Assembly: GCA_046045965.1 (NCBI GenBank) | Contig: JBJOKS010000064.1 | Coordinates: 1 to 11,406 of the forward strand | Length of the DNA stretch: 11,406 bases | Reading direction: 5' to 3' | Origin: Cyanobacteriota bacterium | GTDB taxonomy: Bacteria; Cyanobacteriota; Cyanobacteriia; Cyanobacteriales; Nostocaceae | Part shown: positions 9,716 to 11,406 of the stretch, one piece after another | Position numbering within the stretch: position 1 is the first letter of the stretch | How the letters are laid out: each line of letters begins with the position of its first letter | Made by a program: the position numbers and the translations under genes | Notes under the pieces: generated by a model | What the model saw: only the letters and a program-made list of their open reading frames with translations | Database searches by the model: none | Told to the model about the DNA's origin: nothing

Positions 9716-10579
9716 ATGAAAAAACTCCTAATTACAGGTGCAAGTGGTTTTTTAGGTTGGCATCTTTGCCAAATAGCAAAGCAAAAATGGGAAGTCTACG
9801 GTACTTATGCTACCCATTTTCTAGAAATACCAGATGTGAAAATCTTGAAAGTTGATTTAACAGATTTTCAGAACTTAAAAAGCTTATTTAATGATATCAA
9901 ACCGGATGCAGTAATTCACACCGCCGCACAATCTCAACCGAATTACTGTCAACTGCATCCCCAGTTATCTTATACTATTAATGTTACCGCTTCTTGTAAC
10001 ATTGCAGGACTTTGTGCAGATAATTCTTTACCCTTAGCTTTTACATCTACCGACTTAGTTTTTGATGGTTTAAAATCACCATATAAAGAAACAGATGAGG
10101 TTTCACCTGTGAATATTTACGGTGAACAAAAAGCGCAAGCAGAAGCAGGTATATTAGAATTATATCCCCAAGCTGCCATTTGTAGAATGCCGTTAATGTT
10201 TGGGAACGAAACACCGACAGCTAAAAGCTTTATTCAGGGATTTATACAAACATTGAAAGACGGAAAAGAACTGAGTTTATTTAGAGATGAATTTCGCACC
10301 CCAGTTAGTGCAAACACAGCCGCAAAAGGTTTATTATTAGCATTAGAGAAAGTTAACGGAATAATTCATTTAGGTGGAAAAGAGAGAATTTCCCGTTATG
10401 ATTTTGGTAAAATTTTAGTGGAAGTAATGCAACTTCCCAGTGATAAATTAAAATCATGTTTGCAAGATGATGTAAAAATGGCAGCACCAAGGCCAAAAGA
10501 TGTTTCTTTAGATAGTGAAAAAGCTTTTAGTTTAGGATATCAACCATTGTCGGTGAGGGAAGAATTAGAGAGTTTGTAA
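9716..10579 (+). CDS. RmlD-like (dTDP-4-dehydrorhamnose reductase family) extended SDR oxidoreductase
   Basis: LLITGASGFLG, PDAVIHTAA, TSTDLVFDG, PVNIYGEQK (YxxxK), DEFRTP and APRP. It is not in an rml cluster, so the substrate is uncertain. Confidence 0.88.
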   Translation: MKKLLITGASGFLGWHLCQIAKQKWEVYGTYATHFLEIPDVKILKVDLTDFQNLKSLFNDIKPDAVIHTAAQSQPNYCQLHPQLSYTINVTASCNIAGLCADNSLPLAFTSTDLVFDGLKSPYKETDEVSPVNIYGEQKAQAEAGILELYPQAAICRMPLMFGNETPTAKSFIQGFIQTLKDGKELSLFRDEFRTPVSANTAAKGLLLALEKVNGIIHLGGKERISRYDFGKILVEVMQLPSDKLKSCLQDDVKMAAPRPKDVSLDSEKAFSLGYQPLSVREELESL

Positions 10580-10582
10580 ATA

Positions 10583-10732
10583 GGGAATTTTTGAGGATTT
10601 TGTCTGAATCAGGATATCCAGGATTAGAGGATTTACAGGATGTTGTTGTTTATTTTAAGTGGGGATTTTGAGGATTTTTTTGTCTGAATCAGGATAACCA
10701 GGATTAAAGGATTTTCAGGATGTTGTTGTTTT
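10583..10732 (+). repeat. Left arm: two tandem ~80-bp units with 42-bp core TTGTCTGAATCAGGATAWCCAGGATTARAGGATTTWCAGGAT
   Basis: Cores at 10600-10641 and 10680-10721 (period 80). The flanks are also duplicated: TTTTGAGGATTT before and GTTGTTGTTT after each core. Confidence 0.95.
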
Positions 10733-10804
10733 ATTGTCTATGAGAAGTACAGATTTTAAGATGTTAGATAATCAATTATCTATTAAATTATCTACTTTAA
10801 TTTT

Positions 10805-10834
10805 TTGACTTTTAGAGTAACTTTATGGTATAAT
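10805..10834 (+). promoter_or_regulatory. Near-consensus sigma70 promoter between the repeat arms, pointing at the GxxExxY gene
   Basis: TTGACT (10805-10810) - 18 nt - TATAAT (10829-10834), with extended -10 TG at 10826-10827. Confidence 0.65.
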
Positions 10835-10854
10835 CTTCAAATATTAACAAACAA

Positions 10855-11042
10855 TTTATCAATCACAATCCTGAAAATCCTAAAATCCTGGACATCCTGA
10901 TTCAGACAATGAAAATTTCAGCATCCCACTAATAACCTACAAATTACAATCCTGAAAATCCTAAAATCCTGGACATCCTGATTCAGACAATGACAATTTC
11001 AACATCCCACCAATAACTTATCAATTACAATCCTGTACATCC
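10855..11042 (-). repeat. Right arm: two plus a partial third tandem 81-bp units carrying the same 42-bp core in inverted orientation
   Basis: ATCCTGAAAATCCTAAAATCCTGGACATCCTGATTCAGACAA, identical at 10868-10909 and 10949-10990. Its reverse complement TTGTCTGAATCAGGATGTCCAGGATTTTAGGATTTTCAGGAT matches the left cores. A partial copy, ATCCTGTACATCC, is at 11030-11042. Confidence 0.95.
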
Positions 11043-11406
11043 ATGAACACACCCAATAATAAAAAATTAGATGAAATCACATATATAATAAATGGGTGTG
11101 CAATGAAAATACACCGAACTTTGGGAAATGGGTTTCAGGAGGTTATTTATCAAAGATGTATGGAAATTGAATTACAAAAATCAGGTTTAGGTTTTGGAAG
11201 AGAGGTAGAACAAGTAATTTATTATGAAGGTATTGAAGTAGGAACACGAAGAGCAGATTTTATAGTTGAAAATCAGGTTGTGGTGGAGTTGAAAGCGATA
11301 ATTAATTTAGAAGATGTCCATTTAGCGCAAGCGAAAAATTATTTGGTTGCTTATAATTTTCCTGTGGGGTTGTTGATTAATTTTGGTGGGTTGAAGTTGG
11401 AATATA
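11043..11406 (+). CDS. GxxExxY protein (PDDEXK_3 / PD-(D/E)XK nuclease superfamily), 3' end truncated by the window
   Basis: Manual translation from ATG 11043: MNTPNNKKLDEITYIINGCAMKIHRTLGNGFQEVIYQRCMEIELQKSGLGFGREVEQVIYYEGIEVGTRRADFIVENQVVVELKAIINLEDVHLAQAKNYLVAYNFPVGLLINFGGLKLEY. It contains GFQEVIY (GxxExxY), RADFIV...VELKA (D...ExK), QxxNY and GLLINFG. The frame is open to the window end; the ORF track does not list it. Confidence 0.93.
   Translation, partial: MNTPNNKKLDEITYIINGCAMKIHRTLGNGFQEVIYQRCMEIELQKSGLGFGREVEQVIYYEGIEVGTRRADFIVENQVVVELKAIINLEDVHLAQAKNYLVAYNFPVGLLINFGGLKLEY

Noticed and set aside
10600..10671. Small ORF from a TTG start, MSESGYPGLEDLQDVVVYFKWGF, in the left repeat
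   Set aside because: A by-product of the repeat sequence. The 80-bp period breaks the frame and there is no other coding evidence.
10600..11042. CRISPR array (42-bp repeats with ~38-39-nt spacers)
   Set aside because: The spacers are near-duplicates of each other (TGAAAATTTCAGCATCCCACTAATAACC vs TGACAATTTCAACATCCCACCAATAACT), the two arrays are in opposite orientation, and there are no cas genes in the window.
10868..11042. 81-bp (27-codon) repeats as a coding N-terminal extension of GxxExxY
   Set aside because: In-frame stop codons (TGA 10953, TAA 10962) lie within the repeat core.

Overview
Window from a filamentous, probably heterocyst-forming (Nostocales-type) cyanobacterium: it carries bvdR, por, five HIP1 (GCGATCGC) sites and a heptamer tandem repeat. 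Most of it is housekeeping: bvdR-map, an S4 RNA-binding protein, an MDR oxidoreductase, a CMD/AhpD protein, a membrane pentapeptide-repeat protein, por, a TPR lipoprotein and an RmlD-like SDR. Two accessory modules stand out. (1) An AT-rich, translationally coupled ABC-type ATPase + HNH nuclease pair (Septu / retron PtuAB-like, 3307-5378) with no adjacent reverse transcriptase, bracketed by a 10-bp direct repeat. (2) At the right end, a REPIN/MITE-like repeat cluster (about 10583-11042): two tandem 80-bp units face two and a partial third tandem 81-bp units in inverted orientation, all sharing a 42-bp core, with a near-consensus sigma70 promoter between the arms. The cluster runs directly into a GxxExxY PD-(D/E)XK nuclease gene (11043->11406) that the ORF track missed because the window truncates it. 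The repeat + GxxExxY unit is the best candidate for an undescribed system.
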